From: Mobula hypostoma
Lineage: Eukaryota
Assembly: GCF_963921235.1 (NCBI RefSeq)
Contig: NC_086108.1
Span: 15,686,001 to 15,750,000, forward strand
Length of the DNA stretch: 64,000 bases
Reading direction: 5' to 3'
Under the pieces are notes generated by a model. It worked only from the letters and a program-made list of their open reading frames with translations. It was not told the DNA's origin and made no database searches. Shown piece by piece: positions 25,693 through 37,500 of this stretch (position 1 is the first letter of the stretch; each line of letters begins with the position of its first letter). Position numbers and translations under genes: made by a program.

Positions 25693-26403
25693 AGGCTGAT
25701 TTATACTTCTGCGTAGTAGCCTACGCTGTTGCCTACGCAAGTGGCCTGCGCCATTGTGAGCATTTTTACTTGTGCGTGGTGTGTCTGCGTCGCTCTGCAA
25801 TTCACCGCCAAAACGTTAGTTGGCAGTGTGTTGAGTTTCTTCGTGTTGAAACTCAACATGAAGAAACTCAAACTTCAAACAATGGTGACTGAAACTGAAG
25901 GAGGGTGCATTTTCTGTGCTTGTCCGGCCACTGAGAGACATGGATGAGGAAATGCATTTCAGATATTTTCGGATGTCGGCAGGTAGATTTGACGATTTAG
26001 TTCATCGCCGCCAACCATTTATTTTGCATCAGTGTACGCACAGTATACACAGAGACTGGCAATCACCATTCGAGTTTAACTTCAGGTGGAAGCAACAGGA
26101 CGTAGCAGCTGGCTACAAACTGGTGTCAAGTACAGGGTCCTCCAGAATTTCAGAGGTCTGTAAAGCTTTATGGAAAGCATTGCAGCCAGAGTTCCTTCCC
26201 TGCCCTTCAGTCGCCCAATGGGAAGCTATTGCAGCCTAGGAGGAAATGCGATACTACCAAGCTGACCAATCACAGTTGTTGCGGTCTGCGTCGCCGCGAT
26301 GCGTAGTTACATTTTTCGGGAGGTGTGCATCAGGCTACAGCGTAGGGTACGCAGCTACGCCGTACCTATGGCGTAGATTTGACACAGAAGTATAAAATGG
26401 CCT
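25693..26403 (+). mobile_element. Non-autonomous PIF/Harbinger transposon with transposase remnant
   Basis: TIRs are AGGCTGATTTATACTTCTG / CAGAAGTATAAAATGGCCT, with a 3-bp TSD TAA (25690-25692, 26404-26406). [16 protein letters not shown] and [20 protein letters not shown] are Harbinger transposase-like. Confidence 0.92.
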
Positions 26404-26411
26404 TAAGACTA

Positions 26412-27777
26412 CAGGTTTCCCCCACCATCCGAAGGTAGAGCGTTCCTATGAAACGGTTCGAAAGCTGGAATGTCGTAAAGCTAAGAAGCAGTTACCATTT
26501 ATTTATATGGGAAAAATTTGTGAGCGTTCGCAGACCCAAAAAATAACCTACCAAATCATGCCAAATAACACATAAAACCTAAAATAACAGTAGCATATAG
26601 TAAAAGCAGGAATGATATGATAAATACACAGCCTATATAAAGTAGAAATACTTTTCCACAATCATTGCCGCACTGTTCTCTGCAGCGAAAATCTCATGCA
26701 AGCCCTCTCGGCAGAAACACTCTCTCCAGTAACCTTTAAGCTATGAAGCTGCCAAATCATACCAAATAACGCATAAAAATACACAGCCTATATAAAGTAG
26801 AAATAATGTATGTACAGTGTAGTATCACTTACTGGAATCGGGAAGACAGCACTGAGCACATTGACGATGGTGTGTTAGGCTGAGTCGTCGGAGGCTGGGG
26901 TGGTGCAGTGCTCCCCAACCGCTGGGCAGCAAACCGTTACCGATCCGCGGAGAATGCAACGGTAGCCGGGACACACCCAGCACATTTTTAAGAAAAAAGC
27001 TGAAATAAACAAGCTAATTAATTCGGTGCCGCCCGGCACATAAATGTCGGCCCAGATCAGAGGCGACGCAATCGGCAATCACCTCTGGTGGTGGTGGGAC
27101 ACTGGGGTGTTATCTCATCGTAGTCTGTTTCCATCAGGGCAGGCAGGTCATCTTCTTCTATGTCTGCCTGCCTCGATGTCAAAGGTCGAGGTTCGTCATC
27201 TGCTGTGGCTGATGTGGAAGGCTTGAAAAATGACAGTATGCTTGACTGCTTTGCCTCGTGCATTTTTCTATCATCTCATGCAATTGCTTCACGCTCAGTT
27301 CCTGGACGACTTCACTTTCGGTCCATTCGCTACTGCATTTGGTTTCGATTGTTATCCTTTCCTCTTCCAATTGCATCAGCTCTTCATCTATCAGTTCTTG
27401 GTCATGGGATGCCAAAACCTTTTCAACATCATCTTCTTCAACTTCCACAAACCAAACTCACTTTGTCCTTACTTCGTTCACCACGATCGAAACGCTTAAT
27501 TATGTCTAGTTTTACGCTAAGTGTAACACTCTTACGGGCTCTTTTAGGCTTTTCCGATACCTTAGAACTCATCTTGCTAACGGCTGCTCACGGGCACGTG
27601 TTTAACCAATGCTGGCTAGAATGCAGTTCCGGGGGAGGAGCTTGGCTGCTTGGGGCACGCGCTGCCTTTTATCGTAACAGTGAAAACACCTTCTGTTAGC
27701 AAAAGTGGGTAACTAATGTAGGTCTTTTGTAACAGCGAGGTATCGTAAAGCGAACGTTGGAAAAGCAGGGACACCTG
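26412..27777 (-). mobile_element. Second Tigger/pogo-like non-autonomous copy, inverted relative to 22425-23968
   Basis: Termini are TA|CAGGTTTCCCC...GGGACACCTG|TA. It has the same HTH-to-acidic-tail junction and KQSSILSFFK. Confidence 0.92.
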
Positions 27778-29805
27778 TATATGGCTAGGCGAAGCTCAAA
27801 CGCCATGTATAAATTTACCGATGACACACTATTATTGACAAAATTTCAGATTGTGACAAGGGGGCATGTAGGTGTGAGATAAATCAGCTAGTTCAGTGGT
27901 GTTGAAGCAACAACCTTGCACTCCATGTCAGTATGACCAAGGAATTGAATATAGACTTCAAGAAGACACTGCAGTGGCTATATTTCATCAGGAGTTTGAG
28001 GAGTCTTAGTATGTCACCAAAGACATTCACAAATTTCTACAGATATACTGTGGAGAGCATTCTAACTGGTTGCATCACCATCTGGGATGGAGAGGCCACT
28101 GCATAGGATCAGAAACAGCTGCAGAAAGTTACAAACTCAGCCAGCTCCATAATGGGCACAAGGTGATGCTTCAAAAAGGCGGCATCCATCATTAAGGACC
28201 TCCATAACCCAGGGCAGGACCTCTTCTCACTGCTACCATCAGGAAGGAGGTATAGGAACCTGAAGACGCACTTTCAACATTTTAGGAACAGCTTCGTCCC
28301 CTCCACCATTAGATTTCTGAATGGACATTAACCTCACATGCACTACCTCACTTAAAAAAATTTTTTTGCTCTCTATTTGCACTACTTATTTAACTTATGT
28401 ATATACAGTATATATAATATATATTATAATTCATAGTTTTTATTATTTATGCATTACAATGTACTCTTGCTGCAAAACAACGTATCTCATGATATACGTA
28501 CATATGCCAGTGACATTAATCCTGATTCAGATTCAGAATTAGACTAGCGGATCTCTTCTGGACTCTAGTTCCAGTTTATCCTTTCTTAAATAAGGAGACC
28601 AAGACTGTGTACAACACTCCAGGTCAGACCTCACCAGCTTTCTGTACAATTGTAACATTTCTTCCCTATTTCTAACTCTAACCCCTTGGAATAAAGGTCA
28701 AGATGCTATTTGCTTACTTTCTAAGGTCCATACAAAAGAACATCTCAACCTCTACTTCACTCAGTTGCTCTGTCATTCCACTCAGATAAAATTTTTCTTA
28801 CTGAAGTGCATGGCCTCACGTTTTCTCACATTAAACTCTACTTGCCATGTTTTCATCCATTTACTCTTCCTCAGTTGTAGAATTTAAATATCCTCAGCAC
28901 AACAAGCCGTCCCAACTATTTTCATATCATCAGCAAATTTGGTTGCCTTCCTCTCTGTCCTATCCTCCAACCCACTCTTGTGTCTTCAACCTCTCTTGTT
29001 AAACGTCATTGTGTGCTAAACACAGGCAAATGAGGCTAGATCATCTTGTCATCTTGGTCAGTGTCAATGACTTGAGCTGAAGGGCCTATTTCTGTGCTGT
29101 ATTACTCTATATTTGGAATATTTTCTTGTTGGGGTTTGAGCCTTAAATATATTTTTGTTGTCAACAACATATTAATTATTTAAATACTTGTCTCTGCTTT
29201 GCCATTACCATACCTTGTAATGGTTTACCAATCTACCATAGCCAATTCATATTTTATATCTTATAGTTTATTTTGTGTAGATTTAAACAATATTATTTAA
29301 ATCTTTATATAAAATTCAATCATATTATCATTATTCTTTCCTGAAGGTTCCTTAATTAATCTTTCCTTATAGCACAGTATTGGATCTAAAATAACCTGTT
29401 CCCTGTTTAATGCCTTAACATGCTGTCTTAGAAAACTATCATGCATTTGCTCTGTTCTTCTTATCACTATTTCACAGTATAAGCATGTAATTAACTTTAG
29501 AGTATTACTAATGACGGTAGATTCCTGTGGGATGCACTGGAATTTCTTGTCACACGGTTAAATCAATGGTGAGGTAAATAAATGAAGCCAATGGACATAA
29601 CTCCATCAACAACTTTTCAATTGCACATTTGTCCTCAACGACAGGTGTGATTTTACATGAAGCGCCATGAGCCACGCTTTTAAACTGACAGAAGACCTAA
29701 GGCCTCTACTGTTCAATGTCTGTCTTTTTGTTGATGAATATAAAAGCTTTCAACCATATTTAATCATGCACTCACTTTTGACACACCCTTTATAACCTTA
29801 AACTT

Positions 29806-30468
29806 ATAGAAACATAGAAAATAGGTGCAGGAGTAGGCCATTCGGCCCTTCGAGCCTGCACCACCATTCAGTATGATCATAGCTGGCCATCCAACTCAGA
29901 ACCCTGTACCAGCCTTCCCTCCATACCCCCCTGAATCCCTTTAGCCACAAGGGCCATATCTAACTCCCTCTTGAATATAGCCAATGAACTGGCCTCAACT
30001 GTTTCCTGTGGCAGAGAATTCCACAGATTCACCACTCTCTGTGTGAAGAAGATTTTCCTCATCTCGGTCCTAAAAGGCTTCCCCTTTATCCTCAAACTGT
30101 GACCCCTCATTCTGGACTTCCCCAACATCGGGAACAATCTTCCTGCATCTAGCCTGTCCAATCCCTTTAGAATTTTGTACATTTCAATAAGATCCCTCCT
30201 TAATCTTCTAAATTCCAGACAGTATAAGCCTAGTCGATCCAGTCTTTCATCATATGAAAGACCTGCCATCCCAGGAATCAATCTGGTGAACCTTCTTTGT
30301 ACTCCCTCTATGGCAAGAATGTCTTTCCTCAGATTAGGGGACGAAAACTGCACACAATACTCCAGGTGTGGTCTCACTAAGGCCTTGTACAACTGCAGTA
30401 GTACCTCCCTGCTCCTGTACTCGAATCCTCTTGCTATGAATGCCAGCATACCATTTGCCTTTTTCACC
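29806..30468 (-). mobile_element. Young 5'-truncated CR1 LINE 3' end (different subfamily)
   Basis: An uninterrupted 196-aa ORF2 C-terminus (29877-30467) and an ATAGAAACATAGAAA tail. Confidence 0.93.
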
Positions 30469-33021
30469 TTTTTCAGTTTATTGTGTAAATTGATCTCTAA
30501 ATAAGTATTGTTGGTGAGGAACTAAATCAAGGTTAGCTGTCAGGAATGAGGCTTTGAAAGTCACCTAGTAGAATGTAAGTGCTAAGAACATGAAGTGGTA
30601 ATTCAGTCTGCCTTGTTCAGCAAAGTAAGCCATCAAAGCATATCTTAATAATCAAGGTCATGAAGTCAATATACGTGGGGACCATTTGGTCTACCCACTC
30701 AAGGGCAGTATGGTACTCTCTATGATAGTTTCTAATTCCTTGTTAAATGGTTTATCAGTCTTTTACTTTGTGCTGTTGATCACTCTTCACCCTTGCTGAA
30801 GGAGTCTTGAGCTTTGAGATATTCATACAATGGAAATGCCCATAAATATGTTTTCCTGATGTTAAACACCACATTTGAAATGATGAGAATAAAGTTTTCA
30901 TCTCAAAGTCATGTTTATTGTCATATGCAAAAGTACAGGTAGAATGAAAATTACTTGTAGCACCATCGGGGCTCATATATCAGATGAAACAGCATTCCCA
31001 AAGAATATAAATAATATATAAATTATACACAGTTTTTACAAGAGAAAAAACAAAATTTGAACAAACTCTTTTGAAACACAAAATGGCCACTTATTGACCT
31101 TTTAAACTGATTTTAATGATCCTGTATGAAGAGCTGACATTTCTCAATAATAGGTTGGCCCTAAGGATTTACTCAGGTAATTGGATATGGTGCAATTGCC
31201 ATATAAGAGGTGTTCTCTGATTTGTTGCATTTCTTCCCACCTTGAGCAGTGAGCTTATTATGGAAGTTAAAACATCCATGAGCATGAAACAGTGTTCCTT
31301 GGACAGTGGAAGCCGGAATCGTGTGGAGATTAGTCTTCTCAGTAGGTACAGTTGGACAGGAGTTTGTTTTTGTACAATAGCTGTGTGACAGGAATCAATT
31401 GAGTTTGATTCTTATTAGGGTTTAGTTCTGCTGTTTCAGGAAATGAATTAACTATATCTTGAATTTGGAAGCAGCTGTACAGGGCAGTGAAACTTTGCAA
31501 TGATTAGAATTCCTGTTTAAGTGCATGAACTACCATGGCTCCATGGGAATTCTGGGTTTTGCATGCATATGCTGCTGTTCAGTTTATGCAGCTCAGTGTT
31601 TCTATATTCAGAAAGCTTGTCCACAGCCTGCCTGTTGGAGGAACTGGATCTAGATTGTGTTGTCATTCAAAGCAGTGTTAGGACACTACTGAAAACTGAA
31701 AGGCCTGGATAGAAAGGAAGCGAAGAAGTGTTTCCATTATTCAAAGCATCCTGGATTTGAGGACACAACCTTCAAGGCAACATCCTTTTAGAACGGAGTT
31801 GAGAAGGAATTTCTTCAGCCTGAGGATGGTGAATCTGTGGAATTCATTGCTACAGATGGAGGCCAAGTCTATTTTGGCACCAGAAACATGGCAGACTTGT
31901 GAGCTGCCCCAGGGCATCTCGGACTCTGTTGATCATTGATGCAAATAACACACTTTGCTGCATGTTTCAATGCACATCTGACAAATAAAGCTAATCAGTT
32001 TTAATGTCATTAGGAAGACTATCATCCTCGACCTCGAGGGATAGCCACGACATTGGGTATATTTAAGGCAGGGATTGATATGTTCCTGATTTGGAAAGGG
32101 GTTAGAAGTTACAGGGAGAAGATGGGAGAATGGGTTTGAAAAATAAATCAACCATGATTGAACAGTGGAATAGACTTGATAAGCCAAAAGGCCATCGACA
32201 CAGTGAGTGGTAGGTGACTGTTCACCAGAGTGATACAGGGAGCCAGGACTCGAATGTGGGAGCTCAGATTACAGGGATGGTTAAGCTATGGGACACACAA
32301 AGTGAATTGGTGGTGGAAGCAGATTCCACTGGGGTGTCCACAAGGCAATTGGACAAAGAGCAGTAGGTTACATGATTGTGGGATGCTGATTCATGTGATG
32401 GGCTGAATGGTTTCTTACAGGGGTGATCTTTTATTGTTCGTTGTTGGGCAGTTCAAATGATTTCAGGGTTGACTTGGAGCAGTACTGTGACACTGAAGCA
32501 ACTGTATTACATGAGAAGGGGAATGGTAACAGTGGATGATATTTATATTTTGGGACAAAGATATTACCCTGTCATAGATGGCTGATATGGGTTACTTTGT
32601 GTTTAGGTTTGCCTCCTATCCTGAACAAATTGTGGAACCTAAACCAGGAGATTTGTGGACAATGTTTCTTTGTAGTCATTGCGTACTTCTGTTCAGCAGT
32701 GGGAAGATATTTGGAATGACAGGACAGTGCAGTCAGTTAGTGTTGTATCCAATGGCATAGGTCAGAATGGTGGGACGTGTGTGGAGAAAAGCAGTCGCTA
32801 GTTTAAAAATACTCCTCTCAAAGTTTTGCCATAATGTCCCTGTTGCTTTTTTACCCACTGAACAAGCTGAGAAGAGGAGGAATAGATAGGAATGATGGGC
32901 AGGACTGGTGTTGGAAGAGAAATGTGGGGGCAATGGAACCGATTCAGAAACAAGGACTGGGTTGTCTGCAGAGGTAGCATCTGTCTGGTTCAAAGACAAC
33001 CCCTTTTGCAAAGTATAGAAC

Positions 33022-33616
33022 TAGACATCCCACCCTGCAAAAGCTCATTTCAGGGAGGTAGCACCATCAATTTGCGGGAGACTTCCGGGAGAAGTCGGAT
33101 GTCTGCAGTAAAGTAGCTCCTTAGCAGCTGGCCAGCTAGTTTAAATAACGTTAGCTATGCTAATGAATGAATGACACCTGTTAAACTCACCTCAACATGT
33201 CTTTTACAGTCTTAACCCACCATGGGCAATAGAAAACTCACTGTTGCAAACAGTGCAGCGAGCAACACTGCCATTATTTTGACCCCTATTAGGCAGGGGT
33301 ACACTTTAGTGTAGTCTAGGGTGACGTACATTTTATATTTTTTTGGAACACTCTGCCATGGCGCGCTCGCGCTCTCAAGCGCTCTCGCTTGCTTTCTCTG
33401 TCTCTCGAGCACGCTCTCTCTCTCTCACTCGTGTGCTCTCACTTTCGCGTGCACTCTCTCTCTCGTGGTCGCTCTTGCGCTTTCTCTTGCTTTCTCTCGC
33501 TCACTCGCTCTCAAAAAAATTGATTTCCGTGATACTGTATATAATTTGCGGGCATCAGGAAGCCACTATTAATATGCGGGAGACTCCCGGAACTTTCGTG
33601 AGAGGTGGGATGTCTG
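33022..33616. mobile_element. MITE / non-autonomous DNA transposon (hAT-like, tentative)
   Basis: TIRs are TAGACATCCCACC / GGTGGGATGTCTG. TAGAAC(TA) is duplicated at 33016-33023 and 33617-33624. It has subterminal GCGGGAGACTyCCGG repeats and a CpG-rich (CT/CG) tract at 33360-33512. Confidence 0.8.
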
Positions 33617-36571
33617 TAGAACTAAATAAGTTTGGCACTTGTTGGGGGAAATCCTCCTGAACAAATTGATTAGTGTAAGAAATATATATGTTACTATAAG
33701 GGGAAAGGAAATCTTAATATTTTTTGCAGATAAATAAAGAAATTATAATTAATATAGACAGGAAGTAATAGTGTACGATAAAATTTGCTAACAAAAATAG
33801 TGGGGCTTAAATGAGGGAGTCGAAGGGCAAAACCAGAAAATGGTGTCATGCAGTTTAAAATAAAACTTCTAATTATAGTAGATCAGTAATGGACAGAGAA
33901 GTGGCAGATGGAGTTGAATCCAGACAAGTGTGAGGTGTTGCACTTTGGGAAGTCAAATGTAAGGGGAAAGTATACAATCTATGGCAGAAACCTTAATAGC
34001 ATTGATGTACAGAAGGGATCCAAGTCCATACCTTCTGAAAGTGGCAACTCCCTCAAGAGGGTACAGAGGTGGAAGGAAAATCAATCATCTCTTGCATTCA
34101 AAGTGCATTGAAGAAAGACCCAAGAAAACTACTCTCAATTGTGGGATTTTGATGGAACTAGAATTTGATGCTGCTTCTCCTGGAAATTAAATCTCTTCAG
34201 TAACCAGAGGCCATGGATTTAAGGCAATAGAGCTAGGGGGAGAAAATAAGAAGTTTCTTCCCAGGGATGATAGTAAAGATATGCAACGTACAAAGCGAAT
34301 TGGTGGTGGAAGCAGATTCCACTGGAGCATCCAGAAGGCAATTGAACAAAACATAGTACCTTACAGGATTGTGAGGATGCAGACTCACGTGCACTACTGG
34401 AGTCTGTGAAACCACGTAATTTATTTGACCAACTTTGTTTTTAAAAGCTATGCCTCACAATAATGAAAAGAGACCTTTTTTTTTCAAAATAATAACAGTA
34501 TTTGTGGATTTCTGCTTGGAAGTGGATTACTTGCAACGCAGGTAGTGCAGGTTCTAAACAGCACTGAGAGAGCAGCAGAATCCTAAACTGTATCCAATAA
34601 GATGTTAATTTGGATATGATAAAACATACTTACTGCAGAGGATGGGAAAAGAAATTTCTTCCTTCATGCAGAATCGAATGCTTTGCCATTGAAACTGGTG
34701 GAGCAGCAATTGTTGCACCTTGTAATAGAAACATGGGTAAGTATTTGATGCTGAGGGATGCACAGGATTCTGGATGGGGGCAGTGGAATTGCATTAGAAC
34801 TTTTCTGTCTGCTAGTACAGACAGAGACTTGCATTTCAATAGATCTAATTTACCTTTAAACAAGTCATAGAGTTATACCAAATGAAAATAGGTCCTTCAG
34901 CTTAACCAAGATTTCTATCCAACGTAGTCCCATTTATCTGCATTTAGTCCATATCCCTATAAGCCTTTCCTATCAATATACCTGTCCAAATGTGTTTTTT
35001 ATTTGCATTTTGCAATTATACTCTGATGGTACACAATTAGTTTCTCCAAAACTTATATGTTTCAAAGATTCTTCTCAGTAACCAATTTACAGATTTTGAA
35101 GCTCTCTTCCTTCTTCGTAGTGTACATCTTTCAAGTCAAGTCAAGTCACTTTTTATTGTCATTTTGACCATAACTGCTGGTACAGTACACAGTAAAAATG
35201 AGACAACGTTTTTCAGGACCATGGTGCTACATGAACAATACAAAAACTACACTGAACTACGTAAAACAACACAAAACTACACTAGACTACAGACCTACCC
35301 AGGACTGCATAAAGTGCACAAAATAATGCAGGCATTACAATAAATAATAAACAAGACAATATACACAGTAGAGGGCAGTAGGTTGTTGTCAGTCCAGGCT
35401 CTGGGTATTGGGGAGTCTGATGGCTTGGGGGAAGAAACTGGTACATAGTCTGGTCGTGAGAGCCCGAATACTTAGGTGCCTTTTGCCAGATGGCAGGAGG
35501 GAGAAGAGTTTGAATGAGGGATGCGGGGGGTCCTTCATAATGTTGTTCGCTTTACAGGTGCAGCGTGTGGTGTAAATGTCTGTAATGGCGGGAAGAGAGA
35601 ACCCGATGATCTTCTCAGCTGACCTCACTATCCACTGCAGGGTCTTGCGATCCAAGATGGTGCAATTTGTGAACCAGGCAGTGATGCAGCTGCTCAGGAT
35701 GCTCTCAATACAACCTCTGTAGAATGTGGTGAGGATGGGGTGTGGCAGGTAGACTTTTCTCAGCCTTCGCAGAAAGTAGAGATGCTGCTGGGCTTTCTTT
35801 GCTATGGAGCTGGTGTTGAGGGACCAGGTGAGATTCTCCACCAGGTGAACTCCAAGAAATTTGGTGCTCTTAACGATCTCTACGGAGGAGTCATCGATGT
35901 TCAGCGGAGAGTGTTCGTTCCGTGTCTTCCTGAAGTCAACAACCATCTCTTTTGTTTTGTTCACATTCAGAGACAGGTTGTTGGCTGTGCACCAGTCCAT
36001 TAGCCGCTACACCTCCTCTCTGTATGCTGACTCATTGTTCTTGCTGATGAGACCCACCACGGTCATGTCATCGGTGAACTTGATGATGTGGTTCGAGCTG
36101 TGTGTTACTGCACAGTCGTGGGTCAGCAGAGTGAACAACAGTGGACTGAGCTCACAGCCCTGGGGGGCCCCCGTGCTTAGTGTGATGATGTTGGAGATGC
36201 TGCTTCCAATCCGGACTGGCTGAGGTCTCCCAGTCAAGAAGTTTAGGATCCAGTTGCAGAGGGAGATATTCAGGCCCAGTAGGCTCAGCTTTCCAATCAG
36301 TTTCTGAGGAATGATTGTGCTGAATGCTGAACTGAAGTCTACGAACAGCATTCAAATGTACGTGTCTTTTTTGTGCAGGTGGGTTAGGGCCAGGTGGAGG
36401 GTGATGGTGATGGCAATGGCGTTGTCTGTTGAACGGCTGGGACGGTATGCGAACAGCAGGGGATTCCAGTGAGGGGGGCAGCAGGGTCTCCAGTGAGGAG
36501 GAGGGAGATGTTGAAGATGTCAGTGAGAATCTCAGCTAGCTGGTCTGCACATCCTCTAAGCACTGTGCCAG

Positions 36572-36709
36572 TACTCTGTCCTGACGAAGGGTCTTGGCCC
36601 GAAACGTCGACTGTACCTCTTCCTATAGATGCTGCCTGGCCTGCTGCGTTCACCAGCAACTTTTATGTGTGTTGCTTGAAATTCCAGCATCTGCAGATTT
36701 CCTCGTGTC
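36572..36709 (+). mobile_element. Solo Penelope pseudo-LTR fragment inserted in a Rex1 LINE
   Basis: It is the reverse-complement match of 3912-4043 and 55156-55252. It is flanked by TGCCAG at 36566-36571 and 36710-36715. Confidence 0.88.
36578..36616 (+). ncRNA. Minimal type I hammerhead ribozyme
   Basis: The sequence GTC-CTGACGA-A-GGGT(CTTG)GCCC-GAAA-C-GTC-GAC has the conserved CUGANGA and GAAA boxes, stem II, a palindromic ACGT stem III, a GUC cleavage triplet (36606-36608) and a short stem I GTC/GAC. Confidence 0.82.
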
Positions 36710-37119
36710 TGCCAGAAATATTGTCTGGTCCAGCAGCCTTCTGTGGGTTGACCCTGCACAGGGTTCTCCGCACATTAGCCATGCTAAGACACAGCACCTG
36801 GTTGTTTGGAGGAGGGGTGGTCTTCCTCGCCACCACGTCATTTTCTGTTTCACGCTTGTAACAGACTTTGCTGCCCTGTGGTACTTATATATGTCTGCAA
36901 CCTCAAAGCCTGGAGGCCAAGTTGCCCTGTGACTGCAGCTCTGCAGTCTGATTAACACCAGCTCCCCCTGAATTTCAGCATTTCATTAATGCTTAGGATT
37001 GCCAATTTGTGCTCAGACATGTACAACATCTCCCCTCTTTGATCTTCATTCCTTTCCAATTTCCTTCTCCAGTGTCATCTACATTCAGTGCCCTCTAAAA
37101 TACTGAGCCCCAAAGCAGA

Positions 37120-37500
37120 CGAGACTGCCACTTCACTAAGCACCTATGCTCTGTCCACTGTGGCCATCTGTAGCTCCTGCTTGCTAGCCATTATGATTCC
37201 CCTCCGCACTCTCATACCTCCACTGCCACGGTGAGGCTAAACAGAGGAACAATATCTCATATTCCCCCTGGCTAGTCTACAATCTAATAGTATGAATATT
37301 GAATTCTCCAATTTCAGGTAAATTGTTCCCCCTCTGTCCCTTTTATCTTTCCCTAGATGCACCAGTCACCTGCGAGCTCTTGCTGCAGCCCTTCACCTCG
37401 CCTCTTTATACTGGCTAATTTCCTTCTCTGTCCTACAACATTGACTGTCTATTTCCCTCCACCGATGCTACCTGGTCCACGGAGTTTCTCTGGTATCTTG
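37120..37500 (+). mobile_element. Old Penelope-like 3' fragment (GIY-YIG C-terminal part)
   Basis: GAGGAACAATATCTCATATTC...ATGAATATTGAATTCTCCAATTTC parallels EEQHLIF...MNIDFSNF. Confidence 0.7.

Larger units (their letters stand above)
25030..28540 (+). mobile_element. Degenerate Rex1/Babar LINE split by Harbinger and Tigger insertions
   Basis: KDLGPLQFAH...YIRPLF...YNSAFNAII lies at 25319-25627. CTCTACACC (25681) rejoins TATGGCTAGG (27780). The tail CTGATTCAGATTCAGAAT is at ~28522. Confidence 0.85.
35131..36860 (-). mobile_element. Rex1/Babar LINE, 5'-truncated, (CTTGA)n tail
   Basis: ORFs 36007-36351 ([30 protein letters not shown]) and 35389-36000. A TCAAGTCAAGTCAAG tail lies at 35131. 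Confidence 0.92.

Noticed and set aside
31260..31388. Short ORF MEVKTSMSMKQCSLDS..., reminiscent of the RABGAP1L N-terminus
   Set aside because: Only a few residues match and the ORF stops after ~42 codons. It has no in-phase donor, and the many intervening exons expected before 47077 are absent.
33321..33660. Ser/Leu/Ala-rich ORFs
   Set aside because: These are translations of the (CT/CG) low-complexity tract inside a MITE.
32295..34390. Direct repeat ACAAAGyGAATTGGTGGTGGAAGCAGATTCCACTGG at ~32298 and ~34290, read as LTRs
   Set aside because: It is short, has no TG...CA termini or TSD, and resembles decayed CR1 3' sequence.
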